A stretch of DNA of 64,000 nucleotides, from contig JANRLX010000103.1 of assembly GCA_033762115.1 (NCBI GenBank), positions 1 to 64,000 of the forward strand. Direction: 5' to 3'. Within the stretch, counting starts at the first letter, position 1. Every line of letters starts with the position of its first letter. The DNA comes from Verrucomicrobiota bacterium. Lineage in GTDB: Bacteria > Verrucomicrobiota > Verrucomicrobiia > Limisphaerales > SXQI01. Position numbers and translations under genes: made by a program. The notes under the pieces were generated by a model that saw only the letters and a program-made list of their open reading frames with translations, had not been told where the DNA came from and made no database searches. Shown here piece by piece: positions 49,492 through 58,115 of this stretch.

Positions 49492-50505
49492 ATGGAGCAG
49501 CACACAGTGACGCCAACGTTCGAGCAGGAACAGAAAACATTCGAGCAGATCAGCTCCAGTCGCAGCCGGATCAGGACTGAATTATCCAAGACCATCACCG
49601 GGCAGGAGGAAGTGATCGAACAGATCCTCCTGGCATTGTTCTCGGGAGGGCATTGCCTGATCACCGGGGCTCCCGGTCTGGCCAAAACGCTCCTCGTCAA
49701 ATCGATTGCCCAGATTTTTCATCTGCAATTTCAGCGCATCCAGTTCACGCCGGACTTGATGCCAGCCGATATTACCGGCACGGAAATCCTGACGGACACC
49801 GAACAGGGAAGAAAGCTGGTTTTTGTGAAGGGACCGATTTTCGGGAACATGATCCTCGCCGATGAAATCAACCGCACCCCGCCCAAAACCCAGGCGGCGT
49901 TGCTGGAGGCCATGCAGGAGCACCAGGTCACCGCAGCGGGAATTCGCTACGCCCTTCCTGAACCGTTCTTTGTACTGGCGACTCAAAATCCAATCGAAAT
50001 GGAGGGGACCTATCCTTTGCCTGAAGCCCAACTCGACCGTTTCATGTTCAATGTGATCGTCGATTACCTCCCTGAAGACCAGGAAGTGGCGGTGGTGACC
50101 AACACCACTGCGCAACGGGGCGCCGCCCCGGAACCGCTTTTTACCGGGGAGGATGTGTTGCGCTTCCATGATCTGGTCCGGCGCGTTCCCATGGCTGAAG
50201 AGGTGGTACGGTATGCGGTGCGGCTTGCCGCTGCCTCCCGACCACGCCAGCCGCACACACCGAATTTTGTGACGGAATGGGTCAACTGGGGCGCCGGGTT
50301 GCGGGCTGGCCAGTTCCTTGTGCTTGGAGCGAAAGCACGCGCCCTCCTGGGCGGTCGTTCCCATGCCACGGTTGAAGATGTCCGGGCACTGGCCAAACCT
50401 GCCTTGCGACATCGCATCCTGTTGAATTACCGGGCGGAGGCGGAAGGTGTGACAGTGGAAAAGGTCATCGATCAACTTCTCGGTCACGTGCCCACACGCT
50501 CCTGA
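49492..50505 (+). CDS. MoxR family AAA+ ATPase
   Basis: GAPGLAKT, RIQFTPDLMP.D, ADEINRTPPKTQ, ATQNPIE.EGTYPLPEAQLDRF. Confidence 0.95.
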   Translation: MEQHTVTPTFEQEQKTFEQISSSRSRIRTELSKTITGQEEVIEQILLALFSGGHCLITGAPGLAKTLLVKSIAQIFHLQFQRIQFTPDLMPADITGTEILTDTEQGRKLVFVKGPIFGNMILADEINRTPPKTQAALLEAMQEHQVTAAGIRYALPEPFFVLATQNPIEMEGTYPLPEAQLDRFMFNVIVDYLPEDQEVAVVTNTTAQRGAAPEPLFTGEDVLRFHDLVRRVPMAEEVVRYAVRLAAASRPRQPHTPNFVTEWVNWGAGLRAGQFLVLGAKARALLGGRSHATVEDVRALAKPALRHRILLNYRAEAEGVTVEKVIDQLLGHVPTRS

Positions 50506-50508
50506 AGA

Positions 50509-51399
50509 ATGATCACAGCCCCGCGCGAACGTTTCCTGGATGTGCCATCATTGATGACCATCCGGAATCTGGAACTGCGCGCAAAAGTGGTGGTGGAAGG
50601 GTTCTGGAACGGGCTTCATCGCAGTCCCTATCACGGTTTCTCCGTCGAGTTCACCGAATATCGCCAGTACACCCCGGGAGATGATCCGCGATACCTTGAT
50701 TGGAGACTTTTCGCACGTTCGGACCGTTATTACATCAAGAAGTTCGAGGATGAAACCAACCTCCGTTGCCTGTTAATGGTCGACCAAAGCCGTTCGATGC
50801 TTTTCGGTTCCGGCAGCTACAGCAAAAACGATTATGCGCATACCCTCGCGGCAACACTCGCCTATTTTTTATTCGAGCAGGGAGACGCCGTGGGGTTAAT
50901 GGCATTTCATGAACGCATCCAGGAGTATCTTCCCGTGCGAAACCGGCCCGGCCACCTTCGGCAGATCATGCTTGCCCTGGAAAAACCGGCGGCAGGGAAG
51001 GAAACGAACCTTGCCCTTCCATTGAAGCGGGTCAGCGAAATGGTCCGGAAACGGGGAATGTTCGTCATGATCTCGGATTTTTTGACGCCGCTGGAGGAGT
51101 TTGCCTCCGCGCTCCGGCTGCTCGCGGCCTCGGGAAATGAATTGCTTCTGTTCCAGGTGCTTGATCCTGCGGAAGTGATTTTCAACCTGGAGAAAGTCAC
51201 GCTTTTTCAGGACCGGGAAAATGAGCGTGAATTGTTCATTGACCCTGCCCAGGCCAGGGGCGGTTACCTGGCCCGCTTCAATGAACATCAACTCGCGTTG
51301 CGGCAAATCGCCCAGGGCCTCGGAGCGCATTATCAGCTGCTTCGCACCGACCAGTTGCTCCAACATGCGCTGCTGGAATTTTTGCAGCGGAGGGTCTGA
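50509..51399 (+). CDS. DUF58 domain protein
   Basis: G.H.SP..G.SVEF.EYRQY.PGDD.R.LDW, D.S.SM, ISDF. Confidence 0.92.
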   Translation: MITAPRERFLDVPSLMTIRNLELRAKVVVEGFWNGLHRSPYHGFSVEFTEYRQYTPGDDPRYLDWRLFARSDRYYIKKFEDETNLRCLLMVDQSRSMLFGSGSYSKNDYAHTLAATLAYFLFEQGDAVGLMAFHERIQEYLPVRNRPGHLRQIMLALEKPAAGKETNLALPLKRVSEMVRKRGMFVMISDFLTPLEEFASALRLLAASGNELLLFQVLDPAEVIFNLEKVTLFQDRENERELFIDPAQARGGYLARFNEHQLALRQIAQGLGAHYQLLRTDQLLQHALLEFLQRRV

Positions 51400-51547
51400 C
51401 GCCCGATTCCACTGACGGATACCACCCTTATATTCCTGAGAAAAGTTTCAGTTCTTTCCCCCATATTCACTTTTAAGCGAGGTGCTAGCTTATTCCCGAG
51501 CAAGCCACTTTTCGGGGCTTGCAAGGAGGGGTAAAAGTGGGGGATGG

Positions 51548-51578
51548 AAAGGGACTGGTGGATAAGCCAGTCCCTTTT
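51548..51578. terminator. probable bidirectional terminator hairpin
   Basis: AAAGGGACTGG-8 nt-CCAGTCCCTTT(T) between convergent genes. Confidence 0.65.
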
Positions 51579-51640
51579 ACTTCCAGAATTTCCAGGCAAG
51601 AGAAGATTGATCCGGTTCCGCTTCCTGCGAAGCGGAACGT

Positions 51641-52603
51641 TTAGTTTCGATACTGGCGATGGCAGTCGCGGCACGATTTCGCCACCCTGGACCAGTAAAC
51701 CGCACCCTGTGCAGGTTTCACTCTACCTTCGCTCTCCTTGAGAAAGCGTCGTAACTCCAGCAGTTCAACTTCGGCAGCTTGAAGCCGCTTCAAAAAATCC
51801 TCCCCCAATCTTGCCGCTTCCGGCGAACGCGCCAGTTCGCGATACGATTCAGCCAGTAACATCGCGCTTCGGGCCGGAGAGAAGTCAGGGTGTGCAGCGG
51901 AAATTTTGTAGTCTTCCTTTTGGAACGCTTCCAGTTCCTCCCATGATTTGTCGATCAGCACCATTGCCTCAACCATTGAGGAGGGGCGAACAGCTTCCGG
52001 GAATTCATCGGGAATTGCTGCCATTGCCGCAGGAGCAACCGGTTGAAAATGCTTCACCATTTCGAACAAGCCGGGATAGTCAGGAGAGGTCCCGGCGGCT
52101 TTCAACCACGATTCACCCTGGCTGTTGTCCCACAGCCCAAGTCCCTGGCACACCACTGCCGCCGCGGCAGGGCCGCGATGTTTCCCGTGGTGACAATGCA
52201 GGTAGACCGGCCCGCCTGCTGATTGCGCAGCTTTCACAATCCGTTGCATGTTCGAAACTGTCGTGCCGTCGTATCCCATCGGAATATGGATGTAACGAAT
52301 GCCGTGGGCCCGGGCGGTCTCGACTTCCGGTCGGGCCCCATCCACGGAAATAATCGTTTTGATTCCACGGTCCGCCAGTTCCTTGAAGCTGTTGCTGCTC
52401 TGCGGGGAACCGCCTGAATAAACGCCAGCCTGGAGGAGGAACAGGTTTTCCAGAGTTTCTGAAGGAATTTTCTGAAAGGCAGGCTGGTTCGTCTGGGCAA
52501 AGAGGGTACAGGCATGAAGCAAAAATAGAAGCGACAATCCAACAGTCACTTCCATTAGACCGCGAGAACGTAAGAACGTTTTATGAATGGATGAGCTCAT
52601 CAC
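51641..52603 (-). CDS. exported PTP/DUF442-like domain fused to a C-terminal cytochrome c'-like heme motif
   Basis: GIKTIISVDG, YLHCHHGKHRG (HCxxGxxR), C-terminal CRDCH; true start probably near 52555. Confidence 0.75.
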   Translation of the reverse strand: MMSSSIHKTFLRSRGLMEVTVGLSLLFLLHACTLFAQTNQPAFQKIPSETLENLFLLQAGVYSGGSPQSSNSFKELADRGIKTIISVDGARPEVETARAHGIRYIHIPMGYDGTTVSNMQRIVKAAQSAGGPVYLHCHHGKHRGPAAAAVVCQGLGLWDNSQGESWLKAAGTSPDYPGLFEMVKHFQPVAPAAMAAIPDEFPEAVRPSSMVEAMVLIDKSWEELEAFQKEDYKISAAHPDFSPARSAMLLAESYRELARSPEAARLGEDFLKRLQAAEVELLELRRFLKESEGRVKPAQGAVYWSRVAKSCRDCHRQYRN

Positions 52604-52618
52604 CAGCGCCAGCGCTCT

Positions 52619-52786
52619 TCAATAAACGATGATTCGCTCCGCCTCAAAGATTTGTTCAAGCAATTGATCGTAATCGGGGGAGCTGCTGGTCAGGTCAAAT
52701 TCCGCTATTGAACCAGTTTCCCGTTGCTGATTGAACCCGGTCGCGATCAATTCCTCTGCTGGGCGTGTGAAAATGAGAAGAGTCAT
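52619..52786 (-). CDS. small DsrH/TusB-like protein (55 aa, below the ORF-track cutoff)
   Basis: MTLLIFTRP...DYDQLLEQIFEAERIIVY; starts 5 nt after the dsrF-like stop. Confidence 0.65.
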   Translation of the reverse strand: MTLLIFTRPAEELIATGFNQQRETGSIAEFDLTSSSPDYDQLLEQIFEAERIIVY

Positions 52787-52791
52787 GAATT

Positions 52792-53094
52792 TTAGGGGAG
52801 GTCTGAAAAGCAGGAGGTATAATCAGCATCGGCAACTGATTGACTGAAAGAATCGCCGTCGGTCGTCACCGGGCATTGTTCCTCTTTTAGAATTTTTAAG
52901 TAAGTGGTGATCAATTCATTCTCCAACCCTGCATCAGGAGCGAGCAAATGAACCGCCGCACCGCGCAAGTGGACTGCGACCTGCACTCGTTTCCAGACAG
53001 CCACACCCGCAGCCACCCGCAAGGCCTCGAGCGCTTTCCCTGACCGCGCTGGATCACTCTCGATCACGATCAGCCATTTTTTTGACTTGGCCAT
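52792..53094 (-). CDS. DsrF/DsrE-like protein
   Basis: LIVIESDP..S.KALEALRVAAG, V.V.L.G.AV; position in cluster. Confidence 0.65.
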   Translation of the reverse strand: MAKSKKWLIVIESDPARSGKALEALRVAAGVAVWKRVQVAVHLRGAAVHLLAPDAGLENELITTYLKILKEEQCPVTTDGDSFSQSVADADYTSCFSDLP

Positions 53095-53096
53095 GC

Positions 53097-53414
53097 TCAG
53101 GCAAAGGTGACAAAACGGTCTGTGGCAGCAATCAGGTCACTTAAAGTGGCGAGTCCGGCGAAGGTGGCCGAATCAGAAATGGCAATACTCCGTTTTTGAG
53201 CGGCATAAGCGCAGCCGAACAAACGCACTCCACTTCCCTTGAGCGATTGAAGTTCCGTTTGAGTGATGCCCGCGACTGCTTCATCCAGGCAATAAAGATA
53301 AACCTCCACGGAATGGCGTTGGGCAGCATCCGCCAGCTTGATCGCATGGGTAAAATTGCGACTTCCCGGCGGGGCGGCAAGAAGGATGGCGAGTTTGCGA
53401 GCTCGCGACTCCAT
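53097..53414 (-). CDS. DsrE/TusD-like sulfur relay protein
   Basis: ILL..PP, A.KLA.AA, YLY.LDEAV, conserved Cys in LFGCAYAAQKR, GLATLSDLI..TDRFVTF. Confidence 0.78.
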   Translation of the reverse strand: MESRARKLAILLAAPPGSRNFTHAIKLADAAQRHSVEVYLYCLDEAVAGITQTELQSLKGSGVRLFGCAYAAQKRSIAISDSATFAGLATLSDLIAATDRFVTFA

Positions 53415-53417
53415 GAA

Positions 53418-53828
53418 TCAGGCGGAGAGCACTTTTTTCACAAGGCGGACCAGGTCCTTGGGAAGAAACGGTTTGGCGATAAACGCGTCAGGTTGCAAGG
53501 TATGCTGACGAAGGATTTCAGTGCCGACATTTCCACTGTAAAGCACGGACCGAAGCCCCGGTTCCAAGTCCTTGCAGCGGGCGAGCAATTCCATTCCGTT
53601 GAGCGGGTGCATCACGTAATCTGTCAGGAGCAGGTCAGGTCGCTCCTCCGCTGTCAGGAATGCCTCGTAGGCATCCTTCGGGTTCTCGAAATAACGGCAT
53701 TTGAACCCTTCCATTCCCAGGATCACCTCGACCACTTCTCCGACCATTCGCTCATCATCGACCACGTAAATCGAAGCGCCGCCGACGGCTTTGGGGGCTT
53801 CAAAAGTTGGTAATGATGCCGTTAGCAT
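53418..53828 (-). CDS. single-domain response regulator
   Basis: VVDDE, LLLTDYVM, YSG, AKPF. Confidence 0.88.
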   Translation of the reverse strand: MLTASLPTFEAPKAVGGASIYVVDDERMVGEVVEVILGMEGFKCRYFENPKDAYEAFLTAEERPDLLLTDYVMHPLNGMELLARCKDLEPGLRSVLYSGNVGTEILRQHTLQPDAFIAKPFLPKDLVRLVKKVLSA

Positions 53829-54044
53829 ACGGCCCTCAGTCCTAACATATCGGGCTCCCCCCGCAAGGAATAAAAATGAGAAATTTTTGCGTGCGAAAAA
53901 TCGATAAAATCCCCTGACTTTTCACCTGATTTGGATGATTCAACCGATCAGGAACCTTGAAATAAAACTGAGTTTTCAGAAGGCTGAGGTGTTGGTTGGC
54001 ATGCAATGCCCCACTGTTCCATAGAATGGTTGGTCAACTCCCCC

Positions 54045-55202
54045 TCAATTGTTTGTGCTTAGGGGCGATGGGTGGTCAGCGGCCACGCTGGCAGCAAGTT
54101 TTTCCAGGTAATATGCGGCGTCTGTTTTGGCTTTGTCGGAAAGTGCCAGCGCGGGAACTATCGCAAATGGCTTGAACTGGCGCATGGGTGAATCCGCCGC
54201 ATTCAATTTTTCGAGGACTCCCGGCCCAAGAATTCCGGCAAAGGCCAGGCACGGTTTTTCAAGTTCTTCACACAGTTGCGCGATGTGCCCCACTCCCTTA
54301 CCCATGAGCGTTTGCGCATCAATCGCCCCTTCTCCCGTCAGGACAATCGCGGCTTCCTGCACCCGCTCCCTGATTTTGGAAAGACCGCTGAAGAGGTCTG
54401 CGCCTGACTCGAAAACTCCGCCGAGAAATGCCTTTAATCCATACGACAATCCGCCCGCCGCGCCTGTTCCCGGTTCAGCAGACAACGGGCTGTTGCGCAA
54501 CTGATCCATGCATGCGGCCAGCTGCCCCAGGCAACTTTCCGCCTGCGGATAATCCTCCGGGCGCACTCCCTTTTGCGGCCCATAAATACGAGTTGCCCCA
54601 TTCATTCCGAGCAAGGGATTCTGCACATCGACAGCGACGATCAGTTCCTCGAATTGAAGTTCTCTTGCAGGTGGCTCGACCCGCTTCAATTCAGAGAGCC
54701 CGGTCCATCGGGTGATTTCATTGCCTTGCTGATCAAGGAATCGCCAGCCAAGGGCATGGGCCAGGCCGAACCCGCCATCATTCGTCGAACTCCCGCCGAC
54801 ACCCACGAGGCATTTCCGCGCACCGACCGATGCGGGGGCACGAAAGAGCGCACCAAGGCCGAAGGTGTCCAGTTCAAAGGGATGAAACTTTCCCGGTGGA
54901 AGCAAAGCCAGCCCGTTAACGTCCGCAGTCTCAATGATTGCCAGTCCTTCCTCCGGGGCGAACCAGAAACTGGCTTCACGCGGGCGATGCGCAGCATCGA
55001 CTGTGGTGACAGTGCGCCTCTCCGCCTTCAACAGGGCGGCAAAGACAGGGCCAAATCCATCGCCTCCATCGCTCATCGGCACCAGTTCCAGTTGATCGCC
55101 GGGATGAACAGATTGCCAGCCACGGGCAATCGCCTGTGCGGCGGCGGTCGCGGTCAGAGTGCCCTTGAATTTATCCGGGACGACAAGGATGCGCCTGCTC
55201 AT
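54045..55202 (-). CDS. glycerate kinase (GlxK/GarK class)
   Basis: PDKFKGTL, SDGGDG, GGSSTNDGG, GTGAAGG, TGEG..D.QT..GK. Confidence 0.92.
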   Translation of the reverse strand: MSRRILVVPDKFKGTLTATAAAQAIARGWQSVHPGDQLELVPMSDGGDGFGPVFAALLKAERRTVTTVDAAHRPREASFWFAPEEGLAIIETADVNGLALLPPGKFHPFELDTFGLGALFRAPASVGARKCLVGVGGSSTNDGGFGLAHALGWRFLDQQGNEITRWTGLSELKRVEPPARELQFEELIVAVDVQNPLLGMNGATRIYGPQKGVRPEDYPQAESCLGQLAACMDQLRNSPLSAEPGTGAAGGLSYGLKAFLGGVFESGADLFSGLSKIRERVQEAAIVLTGEGAIDAQTLMGKGVGHIAQLCEELEKPCLAFAGILGPGVLEKLNAADSPMRQFKPFAIVPALALSDKAKTDAAYYLEKLAASVAADHPSPLSTNN

Positions 55203-56713
55203 TCCTCCTCTTTGAAAAGTTCCCCGAGCGTTTCTATTTCGCTGGCAGGGCTGTGTCGCGGATGACCGGAAAGGATCCCGGTGACCTGGCGAAAAGGTTT
55301 GCCGAGGTGCATTCCCTTCGAGTCGATGGTGAATTCACGAATATCCTTGTCGTGCATCGAACCGCGCATTTTCAAAACGGTAAGCCCGCGTCGCATTTCG
55401 CCGAACATTTCCACATAACGCAGGAGAATGATCGAGTCTGTAATGGTGGAAATGTGCGCTTCGGTGACTGATGCGCCACCAAGGAGTGTGGGAGTGGTGG
55501 CGGTAAAAAGACCGGCAATTTCCTGGTGCTTGATAAATGAGGTGAGCCCAATCACGAATTCCCGGAAATTCCGCACGGATGTGACCCGCTCCAGCGCAGA
55601 TAAGCTATCAACAGCAACGCGTTGCGGTTTGTATTCTTCCATCACCCGTTTCATGGAGATGAGATGGTCCTCCATTCCCGCCACTTCCGGGTAGGTGCAC
55701 ACCACCTTGAGCAATCCCCGATTTTCATAATCCGCGAAATCGACTCCCCAGCCGTTGGAATTGCGGAACAGCTGCTCACGGCTTTCCTCAAAGGCAAAGA
55801 GCAGGCAGCGTTCTCCAGCGGCGGCCCCTCCGCCGAGGAATTCCGTGGCCAAAAGCGTTTTGCCAGTGCCAGTGGCCCCTGAAATCAGGATGATCGAATC
55901 CCGAAAAAAACCGCCGCCACACATCCGGTCCAGTTCGGCGCTGCCGGAATTGATGCGAAAATTCGAGCTTTTCTGTTTCAGTTCGATGGCGGCGAGGGGA
56001 ATGACTTCGATCCCCTGCTCCGGAGTGATGGTAAAAGGGTATTCCCCTTTTTGATGATTTGTGCCACGGAACTTCAGGATTTCGATGGTGCGGCGCCGTT
56101 TCTCCTGCTCCAGGACGTTCCTGAGGATGATGACATTGTCCGCGACAAATTCCTCCACGCTGTAGCGGGCGATTTCGCCATATTCCTCAACCCGTTCACA
56201 GGTCATGACCGTGGTCATGCTTTTGGTGCGAAGGTGGTTGGAAATCCGGAACAGATCGCGGCGAACGATGGTGCTGTCGGTGAATTGGGTGAAGATCGCG
56301 CCGAGGGAATCCAGTGCAGCGCGACGCGCCTGAATGCGGTTCAGGGCATGGTCGATGCGCAGCATCAAGGCTCCCAGGTCGAACTCTCCCACAACAACCA
56401 TCGGTTCACCGGGAGGAGGCGAAGCATCCACAAAAATCCATTTGCCTTCCTTTTCCCAGGTGGTGATCGGCCAGCCGAAAGCCTGCATGTTGCGGCGGAT
56501 ATCCTCAGCCGATTCCTCGAACGTGACAAAGACGCCGGGCTGATTGAACTTTTTGATCCCTTCCGCGAGGAATTGTGCTGCAAAGACAGTTTTGGCGCTT
56601 CCTGCAGTACCGCACACCAGGGTGGTGCGCCCCTCGGGAAGACCGCCAGCGGCAATCAGGTCAAAGCCATTGATTCCGGTCGGGTTCTTCTGAATCGCTA
56701 TCGTTTCGTTCAT
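55199..56713 (-). CDS. kaiC: circadian clock protein KaiC (double-domain)
   Basis: two Walker A motifs (GTAGSAKT, GATGTGKT), two EES motifs, VEEFVADNV, HISTITD (S422/T423), KMRGS.HDK, ILSGHP. Confidence 0.95.
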   Translation of the reverse strand: MNETIAIQKNPTGINGFDLIAAGGLPEGRTTLVCGTAGSAKTVFAAQFLAEGIKKFNQPGVFVTFEESAEDIRRNMQAFGWPITTWEKEGKWIFVDASPPPGEPMVVVGEFDLGALMLRIDHALNRIQARRAALDSLGAIFTQFTDSTIVRRDLFRISNHLRTKSMTTVMTCERVEEYGEIARYSVEEFVADNVIILRNVLEQEKRRRTIEILKFRGTNHQKGEYPFTITPEQGIEVIPLAAIELKQKSSNFRINSGSAELDRMCGGGFFRDSIILISGATGTGKTLLATEFLGGGAAAGERCLLFAFEESREQLFRNSNGWGVDFADYENRGLLKVVCTYPEVAGMEDHLISMKRVMEEYKPQRVAVDSLSALERVTSVRNFREFVIGLTSFIKHQEIAGLFTATTPTLLGGASVTEAHISTITDSIILLRYVEMFGEMRRGLTVLKMRGSMHDKDIREFTIDSKGMHLGKPFRQVTGILSGHPRHSPASEIETLGELFKEEE

Positions 56714-57000
56714 CCGTTTGACTTTTGTTCTGGCATGATCCCGATACTGATCAGGATCTTCTGGATATTCGTAAAATCTCCTATCAGGCGGCGCAATGGT
56801 TGCGGTTCACATTTGATGAGCATTGGCACTGCAAGGACATGGTTTTTCTCCAACTCCTCAGGGTGAAGGTCAATGTCCACCACTTCGAGTTCGAAGCCAG
56901 AGGTTAGATGTGTGGAAAAGCCCTGGTTCAAGCGTTGCACAAGGTTTTGGTTTCCCTCCTGTCCGCCTTTGATAAATAGCTTGAACCGGTATGAACTCAT
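56710..57000 (-). CDS. kaiB: KaiB family protein (divergent)
   Basis: Y.FKLFI.G, ELEVVDI...PE, VLA.P.LIK..P.PLRRLIGD. Confidence 0.88.
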   Translation of the reverse strand: MSSYRFKLFIKGGQEGNQNLVQRLNQGFSTHLTSGFELEVVDIDLHPEELEKNHVLAVPMLIKCEPQPLRRLIGDFTNIQKILISIGIMPEQKSNG

Positions 57001-58094
57001 GCCCGCCCGGACACCGCGCTTCTCCTGCGATAAATCGCCAGCAGTTGTCCCATCAATTCAATTAATAAAAATCTTCCGACACGCACATACGGTTTGGCTT
57101 TTGCAGATTCCCCCAGGTGACCCACCCTGGCGGTGATCGTCCCATGATGCAGTCGCACCACATCCCTCGGACCCGCCAGCCCGGCTGCCAGTTCCTCGGA
57201 AATGACCCTGAGCCGCTCGGAAATATTATGCTCCACCTTATAGGTTTCCTGCTCCAGTTTCAGTTGCAACACTTCCCAATATTGCTGGAGCAGTTGTTCC
57301 CATTCCTGGGCGCCAAACTTTTGTTCAACCTCAGAGAACTGTTCAAGAGAACGAATTTCCCCCTGGTAGGAGGATTCCTGAGCTTGTAATTCCGTAACAT
57401 CGGTAATGATCATTGCCTCGGCTGCATTCCCTCCCCAGGTCAGCGGATGCCGCACAACCGTGACTTGCAGACGCGCTCCGTTTTTGTCCTGGTGCACCGC
57501 GGATTCTTCATCTCCCTCCCGCCGGCTGCTGATGATCAGGTCGGCTTCATTGAGATGGGTCAGTTCCTCCTGTGAATAGCCGTAAAGGCGGAATGCAGCA
57601 GGATTTGCCAGCAGGATTTTCCGCTCTTTCGCATCGGCAATCCATACCGGCAACGGATTGCTTTCAAAAAAGGTCCGGTACCGCCCTTCGCTTTCCCGCA
57701 GTTGCTTCAAGGTCTGGTTATGGCGCAGGTACGCTCGAATGCGCGCGATCAGTTCGCGATTGGTCAGTGGATGGACCAGGTAACCATCCGCTCCCTGTTC
57801 AAGCCCTTCGACAAAGTCATCCTCACGGGTACTCAGCGCGGTGAGATGCACGATGAATAAATGCCGGAGTAAAGGGTCCGCCCGGATCAGTTTGACCACT
57901 TCAAAGCCGCTCATGTCCGGCAACTGCACATCAAGCAAAACAAGATCCGGCTGAAGCGAGGCTGCCTTCTCCAGGGCTTCTTTCCCGGAGCTGGCAACGG
58001 TTACCTGGTATCCAGCCGAAGAGATGATCCGCGAGAGTGCATAGCGCGTCGGTTCATCATCATCCACAATCAGGATTTTTTCGGCGGGATTCAT
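56997..58094 (-). CDS. REC-PAS protein with KaiA-like C-terminal domain
   Basis: REC (DDD, D55), PAS (FESNP.P, NPAA..LYGYS.EE), C-terminal DVVRLH...RFLLIELMGQLLAIYRR. Confidence 0.8.
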   Translation of the reverse strand: MNPAEKILIVDDDEPTRYALSRIISSAGYQVTVASSGKEALEKAASLQPDLVLLDVQLPDMSGFEVVKLIRADPLLRHLFIVHLTALSTREDDFVEGLEQGADGYLVHPLTNRELIARIRAYLRHNQTLKQLRESEGRYRTFFESNPLPVWIADAKERKILLANPAAFRLYGYSQEELTHLNEADLIISSRREGDEESAVHQDKNGARLQVTVVRHPLTWGGNAAEAMIITDVTELQAQESSYQGEIRSLEQFSEVEQKFGAQEWEQLLQQYWEVLQLKLEQETYKVEHNISERLRVISEELAAGLAGPRDVVRLHHGTITARVGHLGESAKAKPYVRVGRFLLIELMGQLLAIYRRRSAVSGRA

Positions 58095-58115
58095 ATTAGG
58101 GTCGCAGGCCGGAAT

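Noticed and set aside
51519..51565. MraZ-box-like GTGG repeats
   Set aside because: The spacing is irregular and no mraZ/dcw gene follows.
53845..53875. sigma-28-like promoter before the single-domain receiver gene
   Set aside because: CCCGATAT is only a partial -10 match and there is no acceptable -35.
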